From contig DANB01000019.1 in NCBI GenBank assembly GCA_002497245.1, positions 1 through 62,735 on the forward strand: a stretch of 62,735 nt of DNA, written 5' to 3'. Position numbers and translations under genes: made by a program. Below the pieces are notes generated by a model, which ran no database searches, was not told the origin of the DNA, and saw only the letters and a program-made list of their open reading frames with translations. Origin of the DNA: Euryarchaeota archaeon UBA439 (GTDB lineage Archaea > Thermoplasmatota > Poseidoniia > Poseidoniales > Thalassarchaeaceae). The first letter of the stretch is position 1; each line of letters opens with the position of its first letter. This document shows, in pieces, positions 1-10,500 of this stretch.

Positions 1-3000
1 CACAACCAATATGCCGTTGCAGCCATCGCTGCAACTTTGATTTTAGCAGGATTTTACACAATTATTGGGGCCGGTTTAGCCACAGTATCTGGATGGGAAG
101 ATGGTTCTGCCGATATAGAAACTTCAGATGATGAAAATCATATTGAAGGTAAAGATACAGATGGCGATGGATTGCCAGATAGGATGGAACAAACACTCTA
201 TGGTACTGATTGGAGACTTTCAGATACCGATAATGACGGTTTAGAAGATGGTTGGGAGATTGACAATGGGCTTGACCCATTAGATAGTGGTGAGGCTGCT
301 GAGCCAGATCCACAAACTACTAATCCCGATGAGAATGATGAAAACACTGAGTTAAATGAAACATTCCCTAATCCTGACAATGGCCCATTTGGGGACCCCG
401 ATAGAGACGGATTGATTAATATGGACGAAGCAGCTCTTGGTACAAATCCTAATCTCCAAGATTCTGATGGAGATGGGTTAAACGATCGTTGGGAATCTCT
501 TTACACGTACACAGTAGAGACTCCTCAAGGCTCAATTAAACTTCTTGACCCACTCGATGGCAATTGGGATTGTTATATTTTAACTCCAGAAGTCAAAGCA
601 CAAATTAAGGCAGACATCGGAGCTAGTACCTTTGATGAAATGGGCAATCAATTTGGTCATTCCTGTGACGCATTACTAGACTTAGAACAGCCAGAACCAG
701 ATAGTCTAAGGAATTACGTCGAGGAAAGATATGATACTAATCCTTTGGAAGAGGATAGTGACGGAGATTTGATTGCTGATAGATATGAAATAGCGTTTGG
801 TAATATTGACCTATCTGTTCATTGTGGAGTAATTCAATTTGGTACCTTGACATTAAAAGCACCATATCATGAATATATGAGTGGCCCTGGAGATATGACC
901 TGGTTCGAGGAAGATATGGATGGTGATGGGAGACTTAACGGACCCGGAGATTGGGATTCAGATGGTGATGGAATGCCTGACGGATACGAGTACTGTTATG
1001 CACTAGATGAGGAAAATAAGAGGTTTCTTAACCCTGCTAACGCAACTGATGCTTACGGCGATAGAGATGAAGACGGCCTTAACAATGTAGAAGAATATGA
1101 AGTTGCATATACCTGGGGTCCTGAAAATTTCACTAGTCCACTAAACTCAGATACTGATAACGATGGAATGCCAGATGGTTGGGAGCACTTGAATGGAATA
1201 CATCCTAATGATGATGGCGCCAATGCTCTAGAAGACCCTGATTTTGATGGTTATGACTCTGATGGAGATGGTGGAGTTAGATATGACGAACTTGTGGGCG
1301 TCAGTACTGTCCACCTAATTTCAGTTGAATTAGGCGAATATGTTCCAGTGAATAAAACAATTCTTTGGGTTCGGACTGTACAAAATAGTGTTTATGTAAA
1401 CATTCCAGTAAAAACTCAAACAGAAGGTTGGGTTTATGAGATAAATGTCGATGTTGGTGATGAAGTACTTACTAGGACTCAAGATTTAGCCATAGTTGTC
1501 GAGCAGCATGAAAGGTTCACTAACTTAGATGAGTATAATGCTAGGGACAGAGATGGAGATGGAATTACTGATGGCCGATCTACTAATCCGCTTGTAGCGG
1601 ATACTGATAATGATGGTTTAATTGATGGTATAGAAGTTATTGGTTGGACAATTAGAGTAGTTGATAATGGAGTTAAAGATGTATTAGTCCGAAGTGACCC
1701 TGGTGTCTTTGATACTGATAGTGATGGTCTTTCTGATGCTGTTGAATATTATGAAACGTTCACAAACGCGACAGATAGAGATACTGACAGCGATGGTTTA
1801 GAAGATTTTACAGAAGCCATGGATGGGTTTTACTGGAATGTTACTGAAAAATATTTTACTAACGCATCTTCTTTTGATACAGATAATGATGGATTAGCAG
1901 ATGGTGAAGAAGTAGTAGATGGGCAAGATCAGTACATTACTCATGGTAATAATGCCGATAGCGATGGAGATGGATTGAATGATGGTGGAGAAGTATTGTT
2001 TATTCCACGACCATGGCAAGCGGCTACAAATCCTCTAATTAACGATACAGATGAAGATGGGCAACCTGACGGTTGGGAAATGCAGGTATTTTCGATACAA
2101 CAGAATACCAATAGTCACAGCTTGTGGATTAGTAGCACCAATTGGCTTCCTCCTGGGTGCGATAATATGTTTGAATGCGGACTAGGTCCTGGTGGATGGG
2201 TTTGGACAAATTATGTTCAAGGATTCTCTACATCTGGAGATAGAGATGGAGATGGAGTAATGGATCCAAAATATTTCTTACATGAGATGAACTTGTCTGG
2301 TTTTGTAATTCCTAATAATGGCAGATGGGCTTTAGATCCTGCTTATGGTTCTTTGACAGATAATATTTATGATATTGATAATGATACATTAATGAATCAA
2401 CTAGAAGCACCAGATAGATGGAATACTAATCCTGTTAATGATGATACTGACGGAGATAAACTCCCAGACGGTTGGGAGGTATTTTATTCAGGAGAAGCTA
2501 TTTCTTTAGGCATTGTAGACAATAATTCATTGAATGCATTAGGCGCTCGAGGGCCAATGGATCCAGCAATGAAAGACTCCGATTTAGATGGCATAGATGA
2601 TGGCCAAGAGGACTTTGATAGCGACGGGCTCAATCGAACAAATCTTCTATATCGCTATTGCCCTGGTTGGGATGATCCTCAAAATGCAGAGTGTCACATC
2701 GATCCAATGAATGATTATGGTCAAAGGTTCTATGATGATCTTGAAAATTATACAAACTTTGAGGAAATGCAAAACGGAACGAGCCCAATATTGAATGATA
2801 CTGACGGTGATCAGTGGTTTGATGGTTCTGAAGTCTTCCATCAAGATCAAGATGGAGATGGTATGTGGGCCGGATGGGAATATTTCTTTGACTTTGATCC
2901 GTTTGATGCAGCCGATGCCAATATCGATTCAGATGGAGATGGTTCTCTGAATAAGTGTGAGAATAAATGGAACACGAATCCAAAAGACCCTGTGAGTTTC

Positions 3001-3036
3001 CCCAGTCAGGGCGAATTATGTAATCAATTTGAGTGA
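1..3036 (+). CDS. Exported Ca-binding DxDxDG (bacterial TSP3-like) repeat protein, 5'-truncated by the window edge, with an inserted biotinyl/lipoyl-like domain
   Basis: Frame is open from base 1 (HNQYAVAAIAATLILAG, a hydrophobic anchor). About 20 repeats of the type DxDxDG(M/L)xDGWE...(L/T)(D/N)P; very acidic; many N-x-S/T sequons. Confidence 0.8.
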   Translation, partial: HNQYAVAAIAATLILAGFYTIIGAGLATVSGWEDGSADIETSDDENHIEGKDTDGDGLPDRMEQTLYGTDWRLSDTDNDGLEDGWEIDNGLDPLDSGEAAEPDPQTTNPDENDENTELNETFPNPDNGPFGDPDRDGLINMDEAALGTNPNLQDSDGDGLNDRWESLYTYTVETPQGSIKLLDPLDGNWDCYILTPEVKAQIKADIGASTFDEMGNQFGHSCDALLDLEQPEPDSLRNYVEERYDTNPLEEDSDGDLIADRYEIAFGNIDLSVHCGVIQFGTLTLKAPYHEYMSGPGDMTWFEEDMDGDGRLNGPGDWDSDGDGMPDGYEYCYALDEENKRFLNPANATDAYGDRDEDGLNNVEEYEVAYTWGPENFTSPLNSDTDNDGMPDGWEHLNGIHPNDDGANALEDPDFDGYDSDGDGGVRYDELVGVSTVHLISVELGEYVPVNKTILWVRTVQNSVYVNIPVKTQTEGWVYEINVDVGDEVLTRTQDLAIVVEQHERFTNLDEYNARDRDGDGITDGRSTNPLVADTDNDGLIDGIEVIGWTIRVVDNGVKDVLVRSDPGVFDTDSDGLSDAVEYYETFTNATDRDTDSDGLEDFTEAMDGFYWNVTEKYFTNASSFDTDNDGLADGEEVVDGQDQYITHGNNADSDGDGLNDGGEVLFIPRPWQAATNPLINDTDEDGQPDGWEMQVFSIQQNTNSHSLWISSTNWLPPGCDNMFECGLGPGGWVWTNYVQGFSTSGDRDGDGVMDPKYFLHEMNLSGFVIPNNGRWALDPAYGSLTDNIYDIDNDTLMNQLEAPDRWNTNPVNDDTDGDKLPDGWEVFYSGEAISLGIVDNNSLNALGARGPMDPAMKDSDLDGIDDGQEDFDSDGLNRTNLLYRYCPGWDDPQNAECHIDPMNDYGQRFYDDLENYTNFEEMQNGTSPILNDTDGDQWFDGSEVFHQDQDGDGMWAGWEYFFDFDPFDAADANIDSDGDGSLNKCENKWNTNPKDPVSFPSQGELCNQFE

Positions 3037-3044
3037 CGCTAAAT

Positions 3045-3521
3045 ATGTCTTGGTGGATTCTTCCAACTACTGCTGATATAGGAATTAGAGCATTTTCTTC
3101 CACTGCTGAGGGTGCTATTAATGAATGTGTTTTTGGGCTTCAATCTATACAATTAGAGGACAAGAGTCCTGAATCACTCAACCATTTGACGCGATCCAAT
3201 GGAGTATGGACGGTAGGAATTAAGAATAATGATCTAGAAAGAGGACTTGTTAAATTTTTAGAAGAAATACTTTACAGAGGTTCGGTTGAAAATCAATGGC
3301 TAGTTGATTTAGCCATAAAAATTAATGATGAATCAATATCTGCACATGTATCTTGGGTCGATTCGGAATTTGTTGGGCGTGAGATTGAAATTAAAGCAGT
3401 GACATTACATGAACTAGTTTTCAGAGAAATAAAAATGGGTGAAATAGTAAAAGGTGTCAATCCAAATATTCCTACTTTCGAGGGTCCCGGTTGGATGGCC
3501 CAAGTGGTCTTGGACATTTGA
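3045..3521 (+). CDS. Archease (RtcB cofactor family)
   Basis: N-terminal TADIGIRA, EIKAVTLHEL and C-terminal VVLDI are archease hallmarks. ATG at 3045 preferred over GTG at 3033. Confidence 0.88.
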   Translation: MSWWILPTTADIGIRAFSSTAEGAINECVFGLQSIQLEDKSPESLNHLTRSNGVWTVGIKNNDLERGLVKFLEEILYRGSVENQWLVDLAIKINDESISAHVSWVDSEFVGREIEIKAVTLHELVFREIKMGEIVKGVNPNIPTFEGPGWMAQVVLDI

Positions 3522-3523
3522 AT

Positions 3524-5293
3524 TCAGTCTTCTTCATTTTCTGTGGATTTATTATAATTCTCAAGAATCTCAGCAGTTTGTTCAGCATTCCTAGATAAAT
3601 TGTGAACGAAGTAAACTCCTCCCGAAATCATAACAATTATTATGACGATAAGAATCGGTATCATATTGAAACTATCATCATTAATTTCTTCCCAGATAAT
3701 TGACTGAGTAGACATATGACCTCCTCCGAATGCTTGTGAGTTTTCATAGTCTACTAATTGAGTAGGTGTTAAAACCTCACATGTCAAGCTAAAAGTACCT
3801 GGTTCACTATTTCTCCAACCAAAGAAAACTTCTACTTCTTCTCCTGCATCAATATTTACATTTTGATATCCCCCAATGTCAGCTGCCATTCCAGTCTCTG
3901 TGACATCACAATCAAAGAACAGATTAGCAGAGGCGCTCCCTCTGTTAGCCAATACAGCAGAAATCTGTTGAGTCACCCCGGTTCGGCTTTCATTCTCAGA
4001 GGCTGAATTATCTATGTTCGCTATAAGAGAAACCCACTCTATATACGGGACATTATTCGAGGTCAAATCTATTTCTTTTTCCCATGTTAATTCAATATCT
4101 CCACCCTGTGGTCCATAATTGATAATTCCACTAGACTCTGTATTCCAAGCAGTCCTATATTCTATAATAGAGATAACTGCATCTTCAGTAGTTATTTCTC
4201 CATTTGCCCATCCAATCTCAATTGTTCTAGAATCTCCTCCATCATTAATGACTGATTTCCCATCAGGACCACTATAATTAGTGATTTCTAGTACCCCATT
4301 AGGACCTGTTCCAGTTATGCTAAAATGAACTCCCACTGAATCAAAGATAATCATCTGATTAGAAATTATTCTTTCCCATCTATCAATTAAATCTCCCTTT
4401 ATAGCAACAGCAGTACCTTCTTCTGAACTGCCCCATTCAATGTTAGATAATGGTTGTGCTTGAACATAATGATCTTCTTTACTACCTGAAATCTCACTAT
4501 TTTCAATAACTATTGATGAACTATCACTTGTTAAAATCATTGGACAACTATCTCTGATAAAGCCTTCTTTGACTATCATTTCACCGCTTGAGATAATATT
4601 TACGCCATGTAAAGTAGAGTTTTCTATAACTTCAATCTTTCCTTCTGAGTTGATAGTGAGTCCATTTTCTCCATGAAGTAACATATTTTGATACGGTAAT
4701 TCGTTAGCTTTGTATTCAAAATCTCCATTATCGGTTTCAAGAATTATTGATTTAATGATAGGGAATTGCCCATAACCTGTGAAACCCAGAATGGTATCTT
4801 CTTGTCCTTCAGGAATATTCAATGAGAAATTCATCCCACTCATCAATATTGGTTCCATATCTCCTACGTACACATTACTTCCGTCTAACAATGCTCCTTC
4901 TTCAGCATTAATTATAACATTTATATCTCCACTATGCATTGAACTTGGTATAATAATTTTCGATCTATTTCCTTCGTCAATCATTCCTAGAGTTTTTAGA
5001 GAAGTGGCTCTTTTCTCAGAGATTAATTCAGACGACCCTATTAATTTCATTTCACCTCCTTCATCGATAACTATTGTAGATGATGATGAGAAAGTAATTG
5101 ATGAACTAATGGTCAACTTTCCATCACTAGTGATGTGAATATTTTTATTGATTTCTTGATCAGTAGTCCATTCTACAATTTCATCAATAATTATATCTCC
5201 TTGATGATTATCTGCGGCTGCAGGTACTGAGAAAAAAACTAGGATTAGTAATATAGAGGCTATTCCGGTATTCATCTTTGATATGTTATCCAT
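3524..5293 (-). CDS. Secreted membrane-anchored protein with a C-terminal CARDB/Ig-like domain
   Basis: Signal peptide (ILLILVFFSVPAAA), beta-rich acidic body, ISAVLANRGSASA...PGTFSLTCEV CARDB-like segment, C-terminal TM helix. Start is ATG 5293 or 5275. Confidence 0.65.
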   Translation of the reverse strand: MDNISKMNTGIASILLILVFFSVPAAADNHQGDIIIDEIVEWTTDQEINKNIHITSDGKLTISSSITFSSSSTIVIDEGGEMKLIGSSELISEKRATSLKTLGMIDEGNRSKIIIPSSMHSGDINVIINAEEGALLDGSNVYVGDMEPILMSGMNFSLNIPEGQEDTILGFTGYGQFPIIKSIILETDNGDFEYKANELPYQNMLLHGENGLTINSEGKIEVIENSTLHGVNIISSGEMIVKEGFIRDSCPMILTSDSSSIVIENSEISGSKEDHYVQAQPLSNIEWGSSEEGTAVAIKGDLIDRWERIISNQMIIFDSVGVHFSITGTGPNGVLEITNYSGPDGKSVINDGGDSRTIEIGWANGEITTEDAVISIIEYRTAWNTESSGIINYGPQGGDIELTWEKEIDLTSNNVPYIEWVSLIANIDNSASENESRTGVTQQISAVLANRGSASANLFFDCDVTETGMAADIGGYQNVNIDAGEEVEVFFGWRNSEPGTFSLTCEVLTPTQLVDYENSQAFGGGHMSTQSIIWEEINDDSFNMIPILIVIIIVMISGGVYFVHNLSRNAEQTAEILENYNKSTENEED

Positions 5294-5342
5294 AGTGCTG
5301 CGAATGGTCAATAGGAAATTAATACTTGGGCGTCGTGAGGGA

Positions 5343-6065
5343 ATGTTTCATGTCCAGAAGTCTTTTCGACAGGCTGTGGATGTCTCCTCAACTCCTTTCG
5401 AAACAGATGGCTTCGGCTCTTTTTTTGTAAATGTACTATGTGTTTTATTGATGTATGGTTCTGCTTATCTAGCTAACACTGGAGCAATGTTATTCGGAAA
5501 ATGGATTCCAGATAAAACAGGAATGCCAGTTCTAATTATCGATGGTGGAAAAAATTACTCTGATGGCCATAGAATACTCGGAGATGGTAAATCTTGGAAT
5601 GGATTGATTGGTGGCGGTATTTTTAGCGGAATATTGTTTATTGTTGCTCATAATCTTTGGAATGATAATGGGACTGATGCACCGTTTATTGATCCATTAA
5701 TTTATGCGAACTCAAGTGACTGGTTTTGGTTGTTTGGAGGTGAAATGGGCTCATCTTTCGCTGCTTTTACTATGGGCTTTATACTTGGTTTTTCTTGTAT
5801 GGTAGGAGATATGTTCGGTTCATTTGTAAAGCGTAGAAGAGGATTGAAGAGAGAAGGCGATGAAAGTTCTGAAGCTCCACTTCTTGATACCGTTCCATTT
5901 GCAATTGCTATATTCATTACAGCCTTCTTACTATTCGATGGCCAAATTATAACTCACCCTAATTTAGTAGAAGAAATTGTATTTCTTATAATCCTCACTC
6001 CGGTTCTTCATCGTTCTTTCAATATTATAGGTTATAAATTTGGACTTAAAGAAGTTCCTTACTAG
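5343..6065 (+). CDS. carS: CDP-archaeol synthase (DUF46)
   Basis: AYLAN, IDGG...DGHRILGDGKSW.G, GDMFGSFVKRR, APLLD and LHRSFNIIGYKFGLKEVPY motifs; polytopic membrane protein. Start uncertain (5343 or 5376). Confidence 0.92.
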   Translation: MFHVQKSFRQAVDVSSTPFETDGFGSFFVNVLCVLLMYGSAYLANTGAMLFGKWIPDKTGMPVLIIDGGKNYSDGHRILGDGKSWNGLIGGGIFSGILFIVAHNLWNDNGTDAPFIDPLIYANSSDWFWLFGGEMGSSFAAFTMGFILGFSCMVGDMFGSFVKRRRGLKREGDESSEAPLLDTVPFAIAIFITAFLLFDGQIITHPNLVEEIVFLIILTPVLHRSFNIIGYKFGLKEVPY

Positions 6066-6131
6066 ATTTTTTTATAATTCGGCATTCGAATTCATTAATT
6101 CCTATACTCTCTCGGGTGAGATGTGCAGGGT

Positions 6132-7391
6132 ATGGAAGTTCTTGTTGTAGGTAGTGGTGGTAGAGAGCATGCACTAGCTCTCAGCCTATCGGAATGTGAC
6201 TCTGTAAATCATGTTCATACATGTCCTGGTAATGCTGGTACGGCAATTTCTGGAACCAATCATAAGGTAGATTCAATGGATATTGAAGGTATTGTCAATC
6301 TTGCTAAAGTTTTGGAAATTGATTTGGTAGTCGTAGGCCCTGAAGCACCCCTAGTCGCAGGCTTATCCGACAGACTTTCTGAAGAAGGAATTCCTTGTTT
6401 CGGCCCCGATTCAAAAGGTGCTAGGTTAGAAGGTTCGAAATTGTATGCAAAGGAAATTATGCAATCAATGAAAGTGCCTACTGCTGGACTAATTTTAATC
6501 GAGAATATTGATCGAATTAATGAATCACTGGATACTTATTCTCCTCCTTGGGTTGTGAAAAGAGATGTTCTTGCAGGAGGTAAAGGAGTTGTTGTTACAA
6601 CTGATCGTAATGAAGCATATAATGCTCTGAGTGATGGAATAGTTTTGGATGGCAAAGTACTTCTTGAAGAGTTTCTAAATGGTGAAGAAGCATCAGTTCT
6701 GGTAGTGATGGATGAGTCAGGTTATGTTTGTCTTCCAGCGAGTCAGGATCATAAACGTCTTCTGGATGGTGATAATGGCCCCAATACTGGTGGAATGGGT
6801 GCTTATGCACCTGCACCCGTTTATACTCCTGCAGTAGAGCAGAGGACAATTTCCGAAATTATTGAGCCCATGCATCATTTCCTTAGAAATCAGGATGTAC
6901 CTTATCGTGGCTGTTTATATGTTGGATTAATGATTGATGAGAACGGTGCTCCTTTTGTAGTAGAATTCAATGTTCGTTTTGGCGATCCTGAAACACAAGT
7001 AACACTCCCATTAATTTCCAGTGACTTAGGAGAATTATTAATTTCTTGCGCTAATGGAAAAATTTCTGAATATGATTTTACAACATTTCCTTATTCTTCG
7101 GCAACCATTGTTCTGTCTTCGGAAGGTTATCCTTCCAATTCTATTACTGGAAGAGTCATACAAGGTTCGGAAATAACAATTGAAGAAGGTGAAATCAGTG
7201 CCCTGGTCCATTATGCTGGCGCAGTAATTTCTAATGATGGGAAATTAATTTCTAATGGTGGACGTGTGCTTGCAGCAACCGGAATAGCTCCTGATTTAGT
7301 TACCGCTGTTGAAGCAGCATATGAAGTGATTGAGAACATAAAATTGGAAGGTTCATATTTCAGGAAGGATATTGCCCATAGAGGGCTCTGA
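6132..7391 (+). CDS. purD: Phosphoribosylamine--glycine ligase
   Basis: VLVVGSGGREHAL, VGPEAPL, LEGSK, GKGV, QDHKR, GPNTGGMGAY, EFNVRFGDPE, GGRVL, RKDIA. Confidence 0.97.
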   Translation: MEVLVVGSGGREHALALSLSECDSVNHVHTCPGNAGTAISGTNHKVDSMDIEGIVNLAKVLEIDLVVVGPEAPLVAGLSDRLSEEGIPCFGPDSKGARLEGSKLYAKEIMQSMKVPTAGLILIENIDRINESLDTYSPPWVVKRDVLAGGKGVVVTTDRNEAYNALSDGIVLDGKVLLEEFLNGEEASVLVVMDESGYVCLPASQDHKRLLDGDNGPNTGGMGAYAPAPVYTPAVEQRTISEIIEPMHHFLRNQDVPYRGCLYVGLMIDENGAPFVVEFNVRFGDPETQVTLPLISSDLGELLISCANGKISEYDFTTFPYSSATIVLSSEGYPSNSITGRVIQGSEITIEEGEISALVHYAGAVISNDGKLISNGGRVLAATGIAPDLVTAVEAAYEVIENIKLEGSYFRKDIAHRGL

Positions 7392-7440
7392 GAGCAATAT
7401 TTATGCCTATTTTATTTTTATCTGAAAACTGTTAACCCAC

Positions 7441-7505
7441 TAACGGTTATAACATCCTCGATTTTCGCCGGAACTCTGAGCCTGCAGGCTCGACAACATG
7501 GTGAT
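7441..7505 (+). promoter_or_regulatory. Putative archaeal promoter (TTATAA 7447-7452), 14-bp palindrome GAGCCTGCAGGCTC (7478-7491) and GGTGA ribosome-binding site of aglB
   Basis: Motifs read directly from the sequence; spacing fits a transcription start near 7475-7478. Confidence 0.5.
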
Positions 7506-7510
7506 GAATA

Positions 7511-10500
7511 ATGAACGATGATAATGACGCGACAAAGGGAGGTTTTTCGAATAAGAATTTGCTCCCAGTCCCTGCTGTACTAGCAACTTTGATGGTACTG
7601 TTCCTTGGGACTGATTATGCCGCTAATGGTGGAATTGAGAATGACGGATATGCTGAAATCCTGATTCTACCGGTTATCGCTGCTTTTGCCGCGTTTATCG
7701 GTAGAATCGTAGTAGACCAATTCTCAAAAAGTGATTCACAAATAATTCTCAGCTCATTAGCAGCAATTATTTTGTCGATTTTGGCTCCAGAGTTTACTCC
7801 CATTACCTCTATGGAAGGTTTTACTTTTGCTTTTGTATTTGTATTCACTCTTTTCTTGTATAAAAATAACTGGAATGAGGAATCTTCAATTTTACTATCG
7901 ATAGTGATTGGTTTCCATTTAGCAATTTCTTTTGCTACCCGATACACTTTGGATGATTCTTCATGGAGTGGTAGCCCTGACGAACTAATTGATGTGATTC
8001 GGGGTTCAATCGCTTCAGTGTTCTTCGCATTCTGGATTGCTTCAATCACACTTGGAGTACTTGTCACTTTAGTTATTAGAGGCAGGAGGGCACATCCAGG
8101 GCAAGGCCCATGGTTCCGTGATATTCCTTCAATTATGCCTAATGCGGGTTTGATAACTGCTGGAATAATATTCTTAGTTAATTTAATTCCATTAGTTTGG
8201 TTAAGCACTATAGACAATGTTAATTCATATAATGATCATCATTATCTAGGTTCTGTTTGGGCAATATTCGCATCAATAATTGTCCTCTTCGTTTCTTTCT
8301 GTAATTCTGAGAGGTGGCATGTTTTAGGTACAGTTGTTGGTCTAAACTGGTTAATGTACACTTTAGCGCATTTACAAGAAATTGGAAATGAATTGCCTCT
8401 TTCAACTTTGAATGGCGATGATAATGTCAGCCTCTTTACATGGTTCTTACTCGTTTTCTGGCTAAATGTTGGTGCAATGATGGTAGCTGGACGAGGCATG
8501 TTTGGAGATATCGCACCTCGCAGAGAACATTCTGATTTCCGAAAATGGTGGAATAAACACTCCTATGGAATCATGGTGGGTTCGGCACTAATTATTGGTT
8601 TAGCCGTTCGAACAGGTTGGAACGTCCTTCCTGCAATGAATGCATCGGGAACTGGATTATGGGATATGTCCGGAGGTTCTGATCCTTGGTACATGAAGAG
8701 AGTTGTAGATTATGTTGTACTTCAAAAAAGCCATCTGATTATTGATGCAGATAGGGCTTATCCAATGGTTGCAATTAATCCAAGACCTCCTCTATTCTCA
8801 TGGTCATTAGCACTTGGAGGATTATTCCTATCGTGGTTATCTGGAATGACTTTAGAGACCTCTGTTTGGTGGAGTGTAGCTTCTTTACCAGCAATATTTG
8901 GAGCATTAATTGTATTACCAATTGCTGGTCTTGCAAGGAAATTACACAGTAATATGGCTGGAATTGTTGCCGCTTGGTTAATTGCATTAATGCCTGGTCA
9001 TATTGGGCACTCGACATTTGGATTAGCAGATCACGATGCATTCGCGATGTTATTTCTAGCAATTGCATTCTACTATTGGGTCAAAGCTATGGATGAACTG
9101 AAGAACGAGAGATTATTTCAGACTCCAAGTTTAAGTCCACTTTACATCATAGCAGGAATAAGACAAATGTGGTCTTCTAATCCTGTTGTAATGTCTAATG
9201 CTACATTATCAGGTGTATCTTTCGCAGTAGTTGCTTTAGGATGGAAGGGTTTCGTATATGGTCCCGGAATTCTGTTTATTGCTTTTGCATTCCAGGTATT
9301 CTTCAATATGTTCCGTCGTAGAGATAGTCTTCCAATTACTGCAGCCTCTTTACAAATGATGCTTACAGCCTTTGTAATTCCATTACCTTTCTACTGCTGG
9401 CCTGGACTTAATCTACTGTTTGATCCTAGTGGATTCCAACCCATGTTTTACATTATTGGGTTTACTCTCGCTCTAGGTTGGGTTTCTTCTTCTTACAGAG
9501 ATAAACCTTGGCTATTGGTACTTGGCAGTACTGCTGTATTAATGGGTTCAATTTTAGCTATATTATACGCTTTACAACAAGCAAATATTTACGATGGATG
9601 GGATGTTTTATTCACAGGCGGGTTCTACTTTTCAAAGAATAAAATATTCGGGACAATTGGGGAAGCTCAGGCACCTAGCAGAGGTGTTCTTTTCGCATCA
9701 TACGGCCCAATAGTATCGTTAATAGCGATATTTGTGGCTGTGATGTTATTGTGGAGGGGCGCAAGAAAAGAAAAACAAAGCGACATACTTCTCGGATTAT
9801 GGGTCTTAATTGCTATCTATATGGCCTGGTCTGCTGGAAGATTCATTTTCAATGCAACTCCTGCAATTTCAGTTGTTGGAGGTATTGGAATTGCTATGAT
9901 GTGGAATTATGCTAATTTCTCAGGATTCCTCAAAGAATGGAGAAAATCAGGAATATCGACACCTAGGTCAAGGTTTTGGGCTAATTGGACTGCCTCAAGA
10001 AGGCACCCAGGAGTTCCTGCTTTGATTATTGTTTTGATGTTAGTTTGTTCTCAACACATGACATATGGTATTGACTCAGGGATACCTCGTGGTGAACAAT
10101 CTGCTTCGGATGTAGATCAAACAATTCATGATATAACTCCAGATATTCTCAGGCAAGAAGTATTAGGTTTTTCACTATTAAATAGTGAGAATTACGATGC
10201 AAATAGCGACTTGTGGTACATGGGAACTTTCGGTCCTGGTTTTAATTCAGGGGCGTGGAATTTAGCATATGAATGGTTATCTGAACAAGATACTGAAGAA
10301 AGTTTTTCAGAACGTCCTGCTTTCGTATCATGGTGGGATTATGGTTTCCAAGCACTTGCTCAAGGTGACCACCCTACTGTAGCAGACAATTTCCAGTCAG
10401 GAATTCCTAATAGTGGAGCAATGTTACTTTCTGCTAGTCAAGAAGATACTGTTTCTTTATTCATTACCACTTTAGCACAGGGCGATAGAAGATCCAATGA

